From contig JAGQRO010000093.1 of NCBI GenBank assembly GCA_020425315.1, positions 5,554 through 69,553 of the forward strand: DNA of 64,000 bases, read 5' to 3'. The stretch is from Hyphomonas sp. (lineage in GTDB: Bacteria; Pseudomonadota; Alphaproteobacteria; Caulobacterales; Hyphomonadaceae). Shown piece after piece: positions 53,696 to 62,959 of this stretch (the first letter of the stretch is position 1; the number at the start of each line of letters is the position of its first letter). A program made the position numbers and the translations under genes. The notes under the pieces were generated by a model. That model searched no databases. It saw only the letters and a program-made list of their open reading frames with translations, and was not told where the DNA came from.

Positions 53696-54487
53696 TTACA
53701 AATTGAATGAGAAGCCGCCATTCACGGGATACGTCTGTCCGGTAATCCAGCTTGCGGCATCGGAGGCGAGGAAGAGCGCCATGTTGGCAATGTCCTCAGG
53801 CTCGCCGAAGCGCCGGATTGTGTACTGGCTCAGCATCCGTTTCGCGCGCTCGGCATCCTCCGTGACATCCGCGACACCCGGCGTCCGCGTCGTCGCAATC
53901 GAGATACTATTCGCTGTTATGCCGTAGCGCCCCATTGACCTCGCGACAGCCCGCATGAATCCCGCTGCGCCGGCCTTCGCGGCGGAATAGATCTCCAGGC
54001 CCGGCTCACCGACCCGGCCGGCATCGGACACGATGGTGACGACCCGGCCGCCTTTCGCCTCGATCATTCCCGGAATGACAGCGCTTGTGCAGTTCAGCAC
54101 ACCGTAGAGGTTCACGGCGAGGAAGGCGTCCCATGTTTCCGTCGACGCGGTCCAGAACGGCGCCATTTCAACTTCGTCGGGTTTTGCGCCCATGTTGCCG
54201 GCATTGTTGACGAGAACGCCGACAGTCCCGAATTCCTGGGTCGACCGCACAATCATGTCTTCCACGCCCGCGCGGTTCGTCACATCCGCGGCGATCGCCA
54301 TCGCCTTGCAGCCCGCCATCCTGACCTCTTCCGCGACGGCCTCGGCACGATCCGGATGGAAGTCATTCACGACCACGGCATCAGCGCCGGATTCGGCGAA
54401 ATGCAGCGCAACCTGACGGCCGATGCCTTGACCCGCACCGGTGACGAGACACACTCGCCCCTGCAAGCTCAAAATCTGTCGGTCCAT
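53696..54487 (-). CDS. Short-chain dehydrogenase/reductase (BadH-like hydroxyacyl-CoA dehydrogenase type)
   Basis: TGAGQGIG, VNNAG, SDAGRVG, YSAAK, ITGQT..VNGG; start ATG 54487. Confidence 0.88.
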   Translation of the reverse strand: MDRQILSLQGRVCLVTGAGQGIGRQVALHFAESGADAVVVNDFHPDRAEAVAEEVRMAGCKAMAIAADVTNRAGVEDMIVRSTQEFGTVGVLVNNAGNMGAKPDEVEMAPFWTASTETWDAFLAVNLYGVLNCTSAVIPGMIEAKGGRVVTIVSDAGRVGEPGLEIYSAAKAGAAGFMRAVARSMGRYGITANSISIATTRTPGVADVTEDAERAKRMLSQYTIRRFGEPEDIANMALFLASDAASWITGQTYPVNGGFSFNL

Positions 54488-54498
54488 AATTCCCTCTT

Positions 54499-55302
54499 TC
54501 AATTCGCCTTGGCCTTCTTCGAGAAGATTCCCGCATAGACCGAACTTTTTGCGGCCGAACGCTCCTGGAATTGCTGGCGCTCCTCTTCCGATCCCATGTC
54601 CCGAACGACCTGGCGTTCCAACGACAGGCCCGCCACCAGGGGAAGGTCCAGCGACTGGTTGAGCAGCAGTTTTCCTGCTGCCAGCGCATACGGCGCCATC
54701 TCGGCAAGCTGGCCAGCCAGCTCCAAAACGTGGTCCTGCAACTCGCCGCGGGGCACCGCCGCGGTGACAAGTCCGATACGTGCCGCTTCTTCTGCCGAGA
54801 CGGGATTCCCCATCAGAATGAGTTCTTTCGCCTTGGCGAGACCGACCAGACGCGGCAAGCGCTGGGTTCCACCCGCACCTGGCAGAGCGCCGAAGCGAAT
54901 TTCCGGAAGACCGATCTTCGTGTCGTCCGCCATGATGCGGAAATCGCAAGCCATCGCGATCTCACATCCCCCACCCATCGCCGCGCCATTGATGACGGCG
55001 ATGACGGGCTTCGACACATCTTCAATATGGCTGACAAAGTCGCGCCGGGGATCACCGGTGACCCCCTCGTCGGTCATCATGTCTTCGATTTCGCGAAGGT
55101 CGGCCCCGCCGCAAAAATGCTTGTCGCCCGCGCCTGTAATCAGGATGCAGGAAACTTCAGGGTCCGACTCCAGTTCATCCAGCGCGTCATTGAGCTCGAC
55201 TGTGAGCCGTAACGTGATCGTGTTGGCCCGCTGCGGCCGGTTGAGCACGATCGTGGCGATCGCCCCATCGCGCAGCATCTGGATTGGATTGCCCTCAGTC
55301 AC
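54499..55302 (-). CDS. Enoyl-CoA hydratase (crotonase family)
   Basis: FCGGADL, GGGCEI, LPEIRFG..PGAGGTQRLPR. Confidence 0.9.
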   Translation of the reverse strand: MTEGNPIQMLRDGAIATIVLNRPQRANTITLRLTVELNDALDELESDPEVSCILITGAGDKHFCGGADLREIEDMMTDEGVTGDPRRDFVSHIEDVSKPVIAVINGAAMGGGCEIAMACDFRIMADDTKIGLPEIRFGALPGAGGTQRLPRLVGLAKAKELILMGNPVSAEEAARIGLVTAAVPRGELQDHVLELAGQLAEMAPYALAAGKLLLNQSLDLPLVAGLSLERQVVRDMGSEEERQQFQERSAAKSSVYAGIFSKKAKAN

Positions 55303-55323
55303 GAATTCCGCCCTTTGTATTCC

Positions 55324-55363
55324 TTGACTGTGTAATTTAATGGCATCATATTATTCACGTCAA
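55324..55363. promoter_or_regulatory. Overlapping divergent sigma70-like promoters
   Basis: TTGACT-N17-CATATT on +; TTGACG on - at 55363-55358; AT-rich 86-nt spacer. Confidence 0.5.
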
Positions 55364-55388
55364 CACATTTTAAATCGAGGGGGCGAAT

Positions 55389-55769
55389 GTGGAGGAACTT
55401 TTTGTGGCGGGAGAAAATCCTCCACGCCTGAAAGGCCAGCGATGCGGCAATTGCGGGCGGGTCTCGTTTCCGCCCAATCCGTATGGATGTGAGTCCTGCG
55501 GCGCGTCAGGGGCGGCGATTCATGAGCAGTTGCTGAAGGGCAAAGGCCGCCTTCTGGCATTCGTCACAACGCGTCATGCACCACAGCGCCGTATCAGCGT
55601 GCCGTTTACAGTCGCGTCGATCGCCCTTGAGGATGGACCAGTCATCAGGGGGCTGATGAGTTTGCCGACGGACGAGGGCCTTCATGTTGGCGATTCCGTC
55701 GAGGCCGTCGCCGTAGAAGTTCCCGAGCAAGGACATCAGCTCCGCTTCCTGCCGGCGGAGGCGAGCTGA
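55389..55769 (+). CDS. DUF35 Zn-ribbon/OB-fold protein (thiolase partner)
   Basis: RCGNCG...FPP....C.SCG, G.G.L..F, L.VGD.V. Confidence 0.88.
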   Translation: MEELFVAGENPPRLKGQRCGNCGRVSFPPNPYGCESCGASGAAIHEQLLKGKGRLLAFVTTRHAPQRRISVPFTVASIALEDGPVIRGLMSLPTDEGLHVGDSVEAVAVEVPEQGHQLRFLPAEAS

Positions 55770-56926
55770 TGCCGAAACCCCTCAGCGATTTCCGTCCCGT
55801 CTATGTCGTCGGCATCGGGCTTCACCGCTACCAGTCGGCGAGTGACACGACTTATGTGCAGCTTGGGCTTACTGCGATTCGCGAAGCGCTCTCTGACGCG
55901 GGAATCACGTTTTCCGAAATTGAATCGGTCTATACGGGAACAGCCCTGCTCGGCATGGCCCCAAGCCGGGTGATGCTGAGACATCTCGGGGCTTCCGGAC
56001 TCCCGATCACGCAGATTGAAAACGCATCGGCTTCCGGCTCAACCGCTGTGCGGCAAGCCGTTCTGGAAGTCGCCAGCGGTGTCAGCGAGGTGTCCCTCGC
56101 GGTCGGCGTCGACAAGCCCGGCCGCATAAACCTGGCGCACAACCAGGCCGGCGTTCCGGATCTCGTGAATGAGTATGTTTCGCCGTTCACGCACTTTGCC
56201 CTCCTCGCGCATGAATACATGACGCGCCATGGCGTCACGGCCGAACAGGTCGCCCAGGTGGCGGTCAAGAACTACCGGAATGCCTCAAAGAACCCTTATG
56301 CGCATCGCCAGACGGCTTTCTCGCTGGAGCAGGTAATGTCCGGTCCGCAGATATCCGGCACCCTGACGAAGCTGCAATGCTGTCCGATCGGGGAAGGCGC
56401 CGCCGCCGTGATCGTCGCCTCGGAAGACGGCATCCGGCAACTCGGCATCGATCCGAACCGGTGCATCCGGTTCCTCTCGTCGACATCCCGTTCCGAGAGG
56501 GTTTACGGGCCGGGTGCCGATCCCGACACGGAACTCACGCGCGAAACCCTGGCGATGAGCTGCGAGGAAGCCAGCGTGTCCGCAATGGATCTCGACATTG
56601 TCGAATTTCATGACGGTTTCTCCATCGAAGAGCTGCTTTATGTGGAAGCTCTGGGCGTCTGCCCGCAGGGCAAGGGCGCCGAGCAGCTGGCCCGCGGCGA
56701 TTTCGACATCGGAGGCCGCGTCGCGGTGAACCCGTCAGGCGGGCTGCTGGCGATGGGCCACCCCATCGGCCCGACAGGCGTCGGACAAATCTGCGAGATT
56801 ACGCGCCAGCTTCGCGGCGAAGCCGGCCCCCGACAGCACGATGGCGCACAGCTTGGCCTCGCTCACATGGTGGGGATCGGGTCGGTCTGCCTCGTCCACA
56901 TCCTCAGCAATTCCAACCCGGCATAA
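55769..56926 (+). CDS. Thiolase-superfamily protein (SCP-x/Ltp2/BbsB type) lacking the nucleophilic Cys
   Basis: ENASASGS, N...NP.A, CCPIGEGAAA, EFHDGF, NPSGGL...GHPIGPTG. Confidence 0.88.
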   Translation: MPKPLSDFRPVYVVGIGLHRYQSASDTTYVQLGLTAIREALSDAGITFSEIESVYTGTALLGMAPSRVMLRHLGASGLPITQIENASASGSTAVRQAVLEVASGVSEVSLAVGVDKPGRINLAHNQAGVPDLVNEYVSPFTHFALLAHEYMTRHGVTAEQVAQVAVKNYRNASKNPYAHRQTAFSLEQVMSGPQISGTLTKLQCCPIGEGAAAVIVASEDGIRQLGIDPNRCIRFLSSTSRSERVYGPGADPDTELTRETLAMSCEEASVSAMDLDIVEFHDGFSIEELLYVEALGVCPQGKGAEQLARGDFDIGGRVAVNPSGGLLAMGHPIGPTGVGQICEITRQLRGEAGPRQHDGAQLGLAHMVGIGSVCLVHILSNSNPA

Positions 56927-56968
56927 CCGGCCACAGCGGCCAGGCCTCACATCAGAACGGAAACTCAC

Positions 56969-57748
56969 ATGCGGATAGGTCAGATCGTCCCCAGTTCCAA
57001 CACCACGATGGAAACTGAAATCCCGGCAATCCTCAGAGGTCGGGAACAGCTTCACCCCCGCGACCGTTTCACCTTTCACTCCAGCCGCATGCGGATGAAA
57101 AAGGTCACCAAGGAAGAACTTGCGGCGATGGATCGCGACAGCCTTCGGTGCGCTGCGGAACTGGCAGACGCGGAAGTGGATGTCGTCGGCTATGCTTGCC
57201 TCGTCGCCATCATGAGCATGGGCCGGGGCTATCACTGCACCAGCCAGCAGGCATTGCATGCCCGTATGAGCGAGGAAGGCCATCCTGCACCGGTCGTGAC
57301 GTCGGCGGGGGCACTGGTCGACGAACTTAAACTGGCCGGCGTCCGCTCGGTGTCCATGGTCACGCCCTACATGCCGGCGCTGACCGATCTTGTGGTCGAC
57401 TACATCAAGGACCAGGGAATCGATGTCATCGACGCCATTGCACTCTCCATTCCGGACAATCTGGAAGTTGGTCGCCGCGATCCGCTGGCGCTGGTCAGGG
57501 ATGTCGACCGGCTGAACACAAAGGGGGCGGACCTTGTCGTGCTGTCAGCCTGTGTACAAATGCCCTCTCTTCAAGCCATTCAAATTGTCGAAGACAAGCT
57601 CGGCCTTCCCGTGACGTCGGCAGCGGCCTGCACGACCAAGTCCATGCTGCGGGCACTCAAGCTTGAGCCGGTCGCCCCGGACGCGGGCTTCCTTCTTGGA
57701 ACCGCCGCTCCGGCGATTCACTCTGCGGCAACGGGCGCCACGTCCTAG
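56969..57748 (+). CDS. maiA: Maleate cis-trans isomerase
   Basis: RIGQIVPSSNTTMETEIP, FTFHSSRMRM, YACLVAIM, VTSAGAL, LSACVQMPSL; both catalytic Cys present. Confidence 0.9.
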   Translation: MRIGQIVPSSNTTMETEIPAILRGREQLHPRDRFTFHSSRMRMKKVTKEELAAMDRDSLRCAAELADAEVDVVGYACLVAIMSMGRGYHCTSQQALHARMSEEGHPAPVVTSAGALVDELKLAGVRSVSMVTPYMPALTDLVVDYIKDQGIDVIDAIALSIPDNLEVGRRDPLALVRDVDRLNTKGADLVVLSACVQMPSLQAIQIVEDKLGLPVTSAAACTTKSMLRALKLEPVAPDAGFLLGTAAPAIHSAATGATS

Positions 57749-57787
57749 AAACCTGATTTCCCTTCCGGCTACGGTCCGAGACAGATC

Positions 57788-59023
57788 ATGACATCCACAC
57801 TCGCCACGCAACCTGTCCGCCTGCAGGAAAGACTCAGTCACGACGTGGGCATTCCGGCGGAAACGCTCGCAATCCGACAGGAAGTCCGCGACTTCGCGGA
57901 CGGGCATGTTGCGCCCCTAGCGTATGAGATCGGGCATCGCGAGGAGGCCGCCGAAAACTTCCCCAGAGCCTTGATGGATCGCATGGCTCGGCAAGGCCTG
58001 TTCCGAATACCGTTTACGCATCCGGAGGGTGGCCGGGGTCTCAATTATCCAGCCATGGCGACGGCCGTGATGATCGAGGAACTCGCCTATCATTCGAATT
58101 CCGTCGCCGCTGTTGTGGACGTCAACTGCATTCTGGCCGGCAATGCCTTGCGGCACGGTTCGGAGAAAATCCGGAAATCCTGCCTCCTGCCCCTGCTCGA
58201 AGGGCATAAAATCGGCTCCTTCGCGACGACGGAACCAGACGCCAGCACCGACCTAAGTGTCGAAGCTCTCCGCACGGAAGCAAAGCACGTGGGCGGCAAA
58301 TATGTCGTCAACGGACGCAAGCGCTTCATCAGCAATGCGCCCGTCGCCGACTTCGTCACCCTTCTCTGCATCGAAGGAACAGGCATGACGATGCTCGTCG
58401 TGGATCTCGATGCGCCGGGCGTCCACGTTGGTGCGCCCGACAAGAAGCTCGGAAATCACGGCCAGCTCACCGCCGACATCTATTTCGACAATGTCGAAGT
58501 GCCTGAAGACAATGTCCTGGGCGAACCGGGCCGCGGCCTGAAGATCGCGCTCGAAACTCTGACCTATGGCCGTATTGGCATCGCCGCCAGCGGCGTAGGC
58601 ATGGCGCAGGCGCTGCTGGACCATAGCGTCCAGCGCCTGCAGACCCGAAAGGCATTCGGAAAGCCCATCGCGCAGTTCCAGCACTGGCAGTTCAGAATGG
58701 CTGAGCGCGCAACTGAAATCGAGAACGCCAGGAATCTCTACATGAAGGCCGCGCGGCGGCTGGACGAAGGCCCCGGCTTTCCCGAACCCGAGGCCGCCAT
58801 GGCCAAATGGTACGCCACCAACCTTGCCGGCGAGTTCGCGCGCGACGCCGTGCAAATTTATGGCGGGTACGGATATATGCGCGAACTTGCGGCCGATTCC
58901 TCCCACTACCGGGTCGAGGAAATCTACCGCGACTGCAAGATCGCGGAAATCTACGAAGGCGCCAACGAAATCCAGAAACTGGTGATCGCTCGCAGCATCT
59001 TCGGCAAGGACATCACCGGCTAG
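57788..59023 (+). CDS. Acyl-CoA dehydrogenase
   Basis: FATTEPDASTD, NGRKRFISNA, GRIGIAA, R.AFG..I..FQ, QIYGGYGY, IYEGANEIQ. Confidence 0.93.
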   Translation: MTSTLATQPVRLQERLSHDVGIPAETLAIRQEVRDFADGHVAPLAYEIGHREEAAENFPRALMDRMARQGLFRIPFTHPEGGRGLNYPAMATAVMIEELAYHSNSVAAVVDVNCILAGNALRHGSEKIRKSCLLPLLEGHKIGSFATTEPDASTDLSVEALRTEAKHVGGKYVVNGRKRFISNAPVADFVTLLCIEGTGMTMLVVDLDAPGVHVGAPDKKLGNHGQLTADIYFDNVEVPEDNVLGEPGRGLKIALETLTYGRIGIAASGVGMAQALLDHSVQRLQTRKAFGKPIAQFQHWQFRMAERATEIENARNLYMKAARRLDEGPGFPEPEAAMAKWYATNLAGEFARDAVQIYGGYGYMRELAADSSHYRVEEIYRDCKIAEIYEGANEIQKLVIARSIFGKDITG

Positions 59024-59042
59024 GACAAAGGAATTTCAAGCC

Positions 59043-60224
59043 ATGTCAAAAGAGGCAATTCGGTTCTCGACCACGCCCGTTCTGATCGCATTTTCCGAAG
59101 CGAGCCAGTCCCGGGATACCTATGGCGGCGGCGTTTCCAACGTCATTCTGCAGGGCATGCACATGCGGCGCCCGGATGCGACAAAGGACACGGTTCTCGT
59201 CTTCATGCACCCCACGGCCACACTGGACACGCTGCCGTTGCCGCGTGAACTCGCCCGGCGCGGCGTACCCGTCCTGACCTGCGGCAGCCGCTATCCGCAC
59301 AATGACAGCGCCCTGATCATGGAAAAAGTGCTGGTCGACCTCGGCCAATACATCAAATATGCGCGGGAAAAGCTGGGCTACAAGCGCGTGGTGCTTGCCG
59401 GCTGGAGCGGCGGCGCATCGCTGTCGGTTTTCTATCAGGCCCAGGCCGAGTCACCCAACATCACGGCCACGCCCTCCGGCGATCCCGTCGATCTTTCCGG
59501 TCTTCCGCCGGCCGACGCCATCATGCAGATGGCTGCGCATTCCGCCCGGGCGCGCATCATGACCGAATCAATGGATGCCTCCATCCTCAATGAACTCAAT
59601 CCTGACGAGCGGGATCCGGCACTTGATCTGTATAATGAACAGAACGGCCCGAAACCGCCCTACTCGGCGGACTTTGTCTCCGCCTACAGAGCCGCGCAGA
59701 TGGCACGCAACAGGAAAATTACGGCCTGGGTCAGGGAGACCCTGGACCGGCTGGCGCGGACAGGCGGTCCGGATCAGGAGCGGTGCTTCGTCACGCATGG
59801 CACGATGGCAGACCCAAGATGGCTCGACCCCTCCGTCGATGCCAATGAGCGCCCTCCCGGCCAGTGTTATCTGGGCGTACCCGCAGTCGTGAACAACGGC
59901 CCGATCGGCCTAGCCCGGTTTGCAACGCTGCGCAGCTGGCTTTCGCAATGGAGTATCGACGAGTCCCGGGCGAACACGGAGCTTCAGGGGCCCCAGGTAA
60001 CGGTTCCTGCAATCGTGATCGCCAACGCCGCCGACGATTGCTGCCCGCCATCGCACACGGAGACCATCTTCACGAGCCTCGCCGGCCCGAAAGAGCTGCA
60101 CACGATCAGCGGGGCGAACCATTACTATATCGGTCAGCGCGAACAACTCCAGACCGCCCTCGACCTGTCGATATCGTGGCTCCTTAAAACGGGCATGCTC
60201 GATGGGTTGCCGGACGACACTTGA
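59043..60224 (+). CDS. Alpha/beta hydrolase of an uncharacterised family
   Basis: VFMHP, GWSGG nucleophile elbow, ADD, GANHYY. Confidence 0.8.
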   Translation: MSKEAIRFSTTPVLIAFSEASQSRDTYGGGVSNVILQGMHMRRPDATKDTVLVFMHPTATLDTLPLPRELARRGVPVLTCGSRYPHNDSALIMEKVLVDLGQYIKYAREKLGYKRVVLAGWSGGASLSVFYQAQAESPNITATPSGDPVDLSGLPPADAIMQMAAHSARARIMTESMDASILNELNPDERDPALDLYNEQNGPKPPYSADFVSAYRAAQMARNRKITAWVRETLDRLARTGGPDQERCFVTHGTMADPRWLDPSVDANERPPGQCYLGVPAVVNNGPIGLARFATLRSWLSQWSIDESRANTELQGPQVTVPAIVIANAADDCCPPSHTETIFTSLAGPKELHTISGANHYYIGQREQLQTALDLSISWLLKTGMLDGLPDDT

Positions 60225-60258
60225 CCCAATCTGAAAGGGCGTTTCCTCGCCTTGGCCT

Positions 60259-60291
60259 GCGCCGTAGACGGAATGTCTACGGCGCTTTTTT
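60259..60291 (+). terminator. Rho-independent terminator
   Basis: GCGCCGTAGAC-GGAAT-GTCTACGGCGC followed by TTTTTT. Confidence 0.85.
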
Positions 60292-60311
60292 CTGAGCGGT
60301 CACCCTGCCCT

Positions 60312-61703
60312 TCAGTCGGGCTTCACGCCGAACCGATCTGCCAGGTCGCGTCCTGTGAATCCGTGGGAGTTCGCTTCCGGGTCCAGCGGCAGCATGCCGG
60401 CGTCCCATTCGCGATATGCGGAAACAAGCCGCTCAAATTCTCGTGGGAACCGGGTCTTGAGATTGGCCCGCTCCAGCGGGTCCTTCTCCACATCGAAGAG
60501 AAACGTGTTGCCCGCGATCTGCAGGTATTTCCACTTCCCTTGCCGGCAGGCCTCCTGCCCAAGGTGCTTGTATCGCCAGAAGAAAGTGCGGTCGGGCTCG
60601 CCGCCAGTGCGGGCCATCAGGTCCACACCGTCCAGCGGGTAGGCCAGGTCGGGCGTCGCGCCGCCGGCCGCGAGCAGGGTCGGCACCCAGTCCATCGTGA
60701 TCGTCGGGTCGGCAATGATGCTCCCTTCCGGGAGCCGCCCCGGCCAGCGCAGGATGCACGGGATCCGGATTCCCCCTTCCAGAAGCTCCGTCTTTCGCCC
60801 TGTAAACGGCCAGGTATCAGAGAACCGTTCGCCGCCATTGTCGCTGGTGAAGACGACAATCGTATTGTCGCTGAGGCCATTGGCCTCCAATGCATCCAGC
60901 ACCCGGCCCACCTGGGCATCCATGGTCTGGACCATCCATTTGAACGTTTCGAGCGTGCCACCATCCCAATGCAGGATCGCTCTCGGTCCGGCGGCCTTCA
61001 GGCGGTCTGACTCCGGCTTTCCATCCGGTCCCTCCCAGGGCCAGTGCGGCGCACTGAAGTGCAGGCTCATAAAGAATGGCCGGTCGGATCCCGAGAACTC
61101 ATTGATCACCTCGACGGCCCGGTCTCCGAGCAGATTGGTGAGATAGCCGGTTTTCTCGATTGGCGTGTCTTGGTCCCAGAGATCGTCTCCCCACGGACCG
61201 TCATGTGAAAAATAGTCGATGGCACCGTGCCGGAAGCCCCAGAAATGCTCGTACCCACTCTTCAGCGGCCCATACTTTGGCAAGCTGCCCAGGTGCCATT
61301 TTCCGACGAGCGCCGTTTGGTATCCAGAATCCCTGAGACGCGATGGCAAAGTCGGATGTTCGGGCGGCAGGCCGGTGTCCCGCAAGCTGAGCGGCTCCTC
61401 CAGGCCAACTGGCAGACGGTACTGATAGCGGCCGGTCATCAACGCCGTGCGCGTCGGCGAACATACGGGCGAGTTGGCATAGGCGCTGAGGAACCGGGCT
61501 CCTTGCGCAGCCAGCCGGTCAATGACGGGTGTCGAATAGTCCCGCCGCCCATAGCAGGAGAGGTCCGCATAACCGAGATCATCGGCAAGAATGAAAACGA
61601 TGTTTGGACGCTTCGACGACCGGCTGACTTGCTGCTGCCCAGGGGAACACGCGGACAGGGCCGCCACGCTTCCCAATGCGACGAATTCCCGGCGAGAGAT
61701 CAA
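60312..61703 (-). CDS. Formylglycine-dependent sulfatase, Tat-exported lipoprotein
   Basis: SRREFV Tat motif, LSAC lipobox, PNIVFILADDLG, CSPTR..LMTGRY, GKWHLG, TSDNG. Confidence 0.92.
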   Translation of the reverse strand: MISRREFVALGSVAALSACSPGQQQVSRSSKRPNIVFILADDLGYADLSCYGRRDYSTPVIDRLAAQGARFLSAYANSPVCSPTRTALMTGRYQYRLPVGLEEPLSLRDTGLPPEHPTLPSRLRDSGYQTALVGKWHLGSLPKYGPLKSGYEHFWGFRHGAIDYFSHDGPWGDDLWDQDTPIEKTGYLTNLLGDRAVEVINEFSGSDRPFFMSLHFSAPHWPWEGPDGKPESDRLKAAGPRAILHWDGGTLETFKWMVQTMDAQVGRVLDALEANGLSDNTIVVFTSDNGGERFSDTWPFTGRKTELLEGGIRIPCILRWPGRLPEGSIIADPTITMDWVPTLLAAGGATPDLAYPLDGVDLMARTGGEPDRTFFWRYKHLGQEACRQGKWKYLQIAGNTFLFDVEKDPLERANLKTRFPREFERLVSAYREWDAGMLPLDPEANSHGFTGRDLADRFGVKPD

Positions 61704-61793
61704 TTCGAGTTTCCTTGCAATGCAAATGATGACCGGTGTCGATGCACGCTCTCCCGTCGCACATCACACACCTTTTCGAATTGTTATATATCA

Positions 61794-61809
61794 TGTATTG
61801 CCCAATACA
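61794..61809. promoter_or_regulatory. Palindromic operator candidate between sulfatase and TetR
   Basis: TGTATTG-CC-CAATACA. Confidence 0.5.
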
Positions 61810-62015
61810 ATGAGGCTAACTTCTTCGAATGACCAGCAATATATGCTTATTCCTGATTCCGGCAGGGGCGCCTGCCACCGCAGCCAGATCGAACTTCATG
61901 GCGGATGCCCGGACCAAAGAAGCGCCGGGGCTGGTTTCGAAAATCGCAGAATTGGGTTCAACTCAACCAATCATCGGATTAGACGATAATGGCGAATAGG
62001 CCGAACCCGGCTTAG

Positions 62016-62741
62016 ATGCGGAAACACTTGGGGACACATATTTTGTCGAGCAAACCTGAAGCACCTGACGCCACGAAGGGAAAGCCCGCCACGGCCGATG
62101 CCAAACGGCCGAAGCGGAAGAAGCGCCGTGAGCAGCAACGGGCGATCGAAACAAAACAGGCGATCCTTGAGGCCGCATTGCGGGAATTCGCTGACAAGGG
62201 ATTTGACGGCGCGAGCACGCGGGAGATCGCCGAACGAGCCGAGGTCAACCATCGCCTTGTGGGACACCATTTCGGCAATAAGGAACTTCTCTGGAAAGCC
62301 ACGGCAACGTCTGTGTTCGGAGATTATGTGCACCAGCAGCGCGAACGGTACCAGGGATTGAGCGGCGTCGACCAGCCAATTCTGCTCCGCCTCATGCTGC
62401 GGGAATTCATCCTGTTCAGCGCGAGGGTGCCGCAACTGCACCGGTTCATGGTTCAGGCCAACGAACGTGGCAGGGAACGTTTGAAATGGCTCATCAAGAA
62501 TCATGTCGAACCCGGCATGGCGCTGGAATTGATGTTGCTCAAACGGGCACAGGAGGTTGGTATGCTGAGGAGCGGCGACGCGATGCATCTGCGCTACCTG
62601 TTCATCGGTGCCGCAACATCCGTGTTCACGCTCGCCGAGGAATACGAACTGATCTCGAAGCAGAATCCCTTTGAAAAGGAATTTGTCGAGAAGCATATTG
62701 AAATAGTGCTGTCCCTGTTCCTGACATCACCCGACCCGTAA
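62016..62741 (+). CDS. TetR/AcrR family transcriptional regulator
   Basis: AILEAALREFADKGFDGASTREIAERAEVNH.LV.HHFGNKELLW. Confidence 0.92.
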   Translation: MRKHLGTHILSSKPEAPDATKGKPATADAKRPKRKKRREQQRAIETKQAILEAALREFADKGFDGASTREIAERAEVNHRLVGHHFGNKELLWKATATSVFGDYVHQQRERYQGLSGVDQPILLRLMLREFILFSARVPQLHRFMVQANERGRERLKWLIKNHVEPGMALELMLLKRAQEVGMLRSGDAMHLRYLFIGAATSVFTLAEEYELISKQNPFEKEFVEKHIEIVLSLFLTSPDP

Positions 62742-62959
62742 TCGTCCGACTTGGGCTCTACGAGACCAATTCGAACACGTCTCTGTTTTTCGCGGATGTA
62801 TAGGTTTCAGATGGAAACCAGTTCGCGCCATTCGAGACGGGCGGTGTTTCCGGGTCTTGTGTGCGAAGCAGGTACCGAAACAGTCCACTCAATGCCAGAC
62901 CGTTTCCTGACAAATGTCGCTTCCGCACTCATGATGTAACTCCTCGACATCGCCTGACC

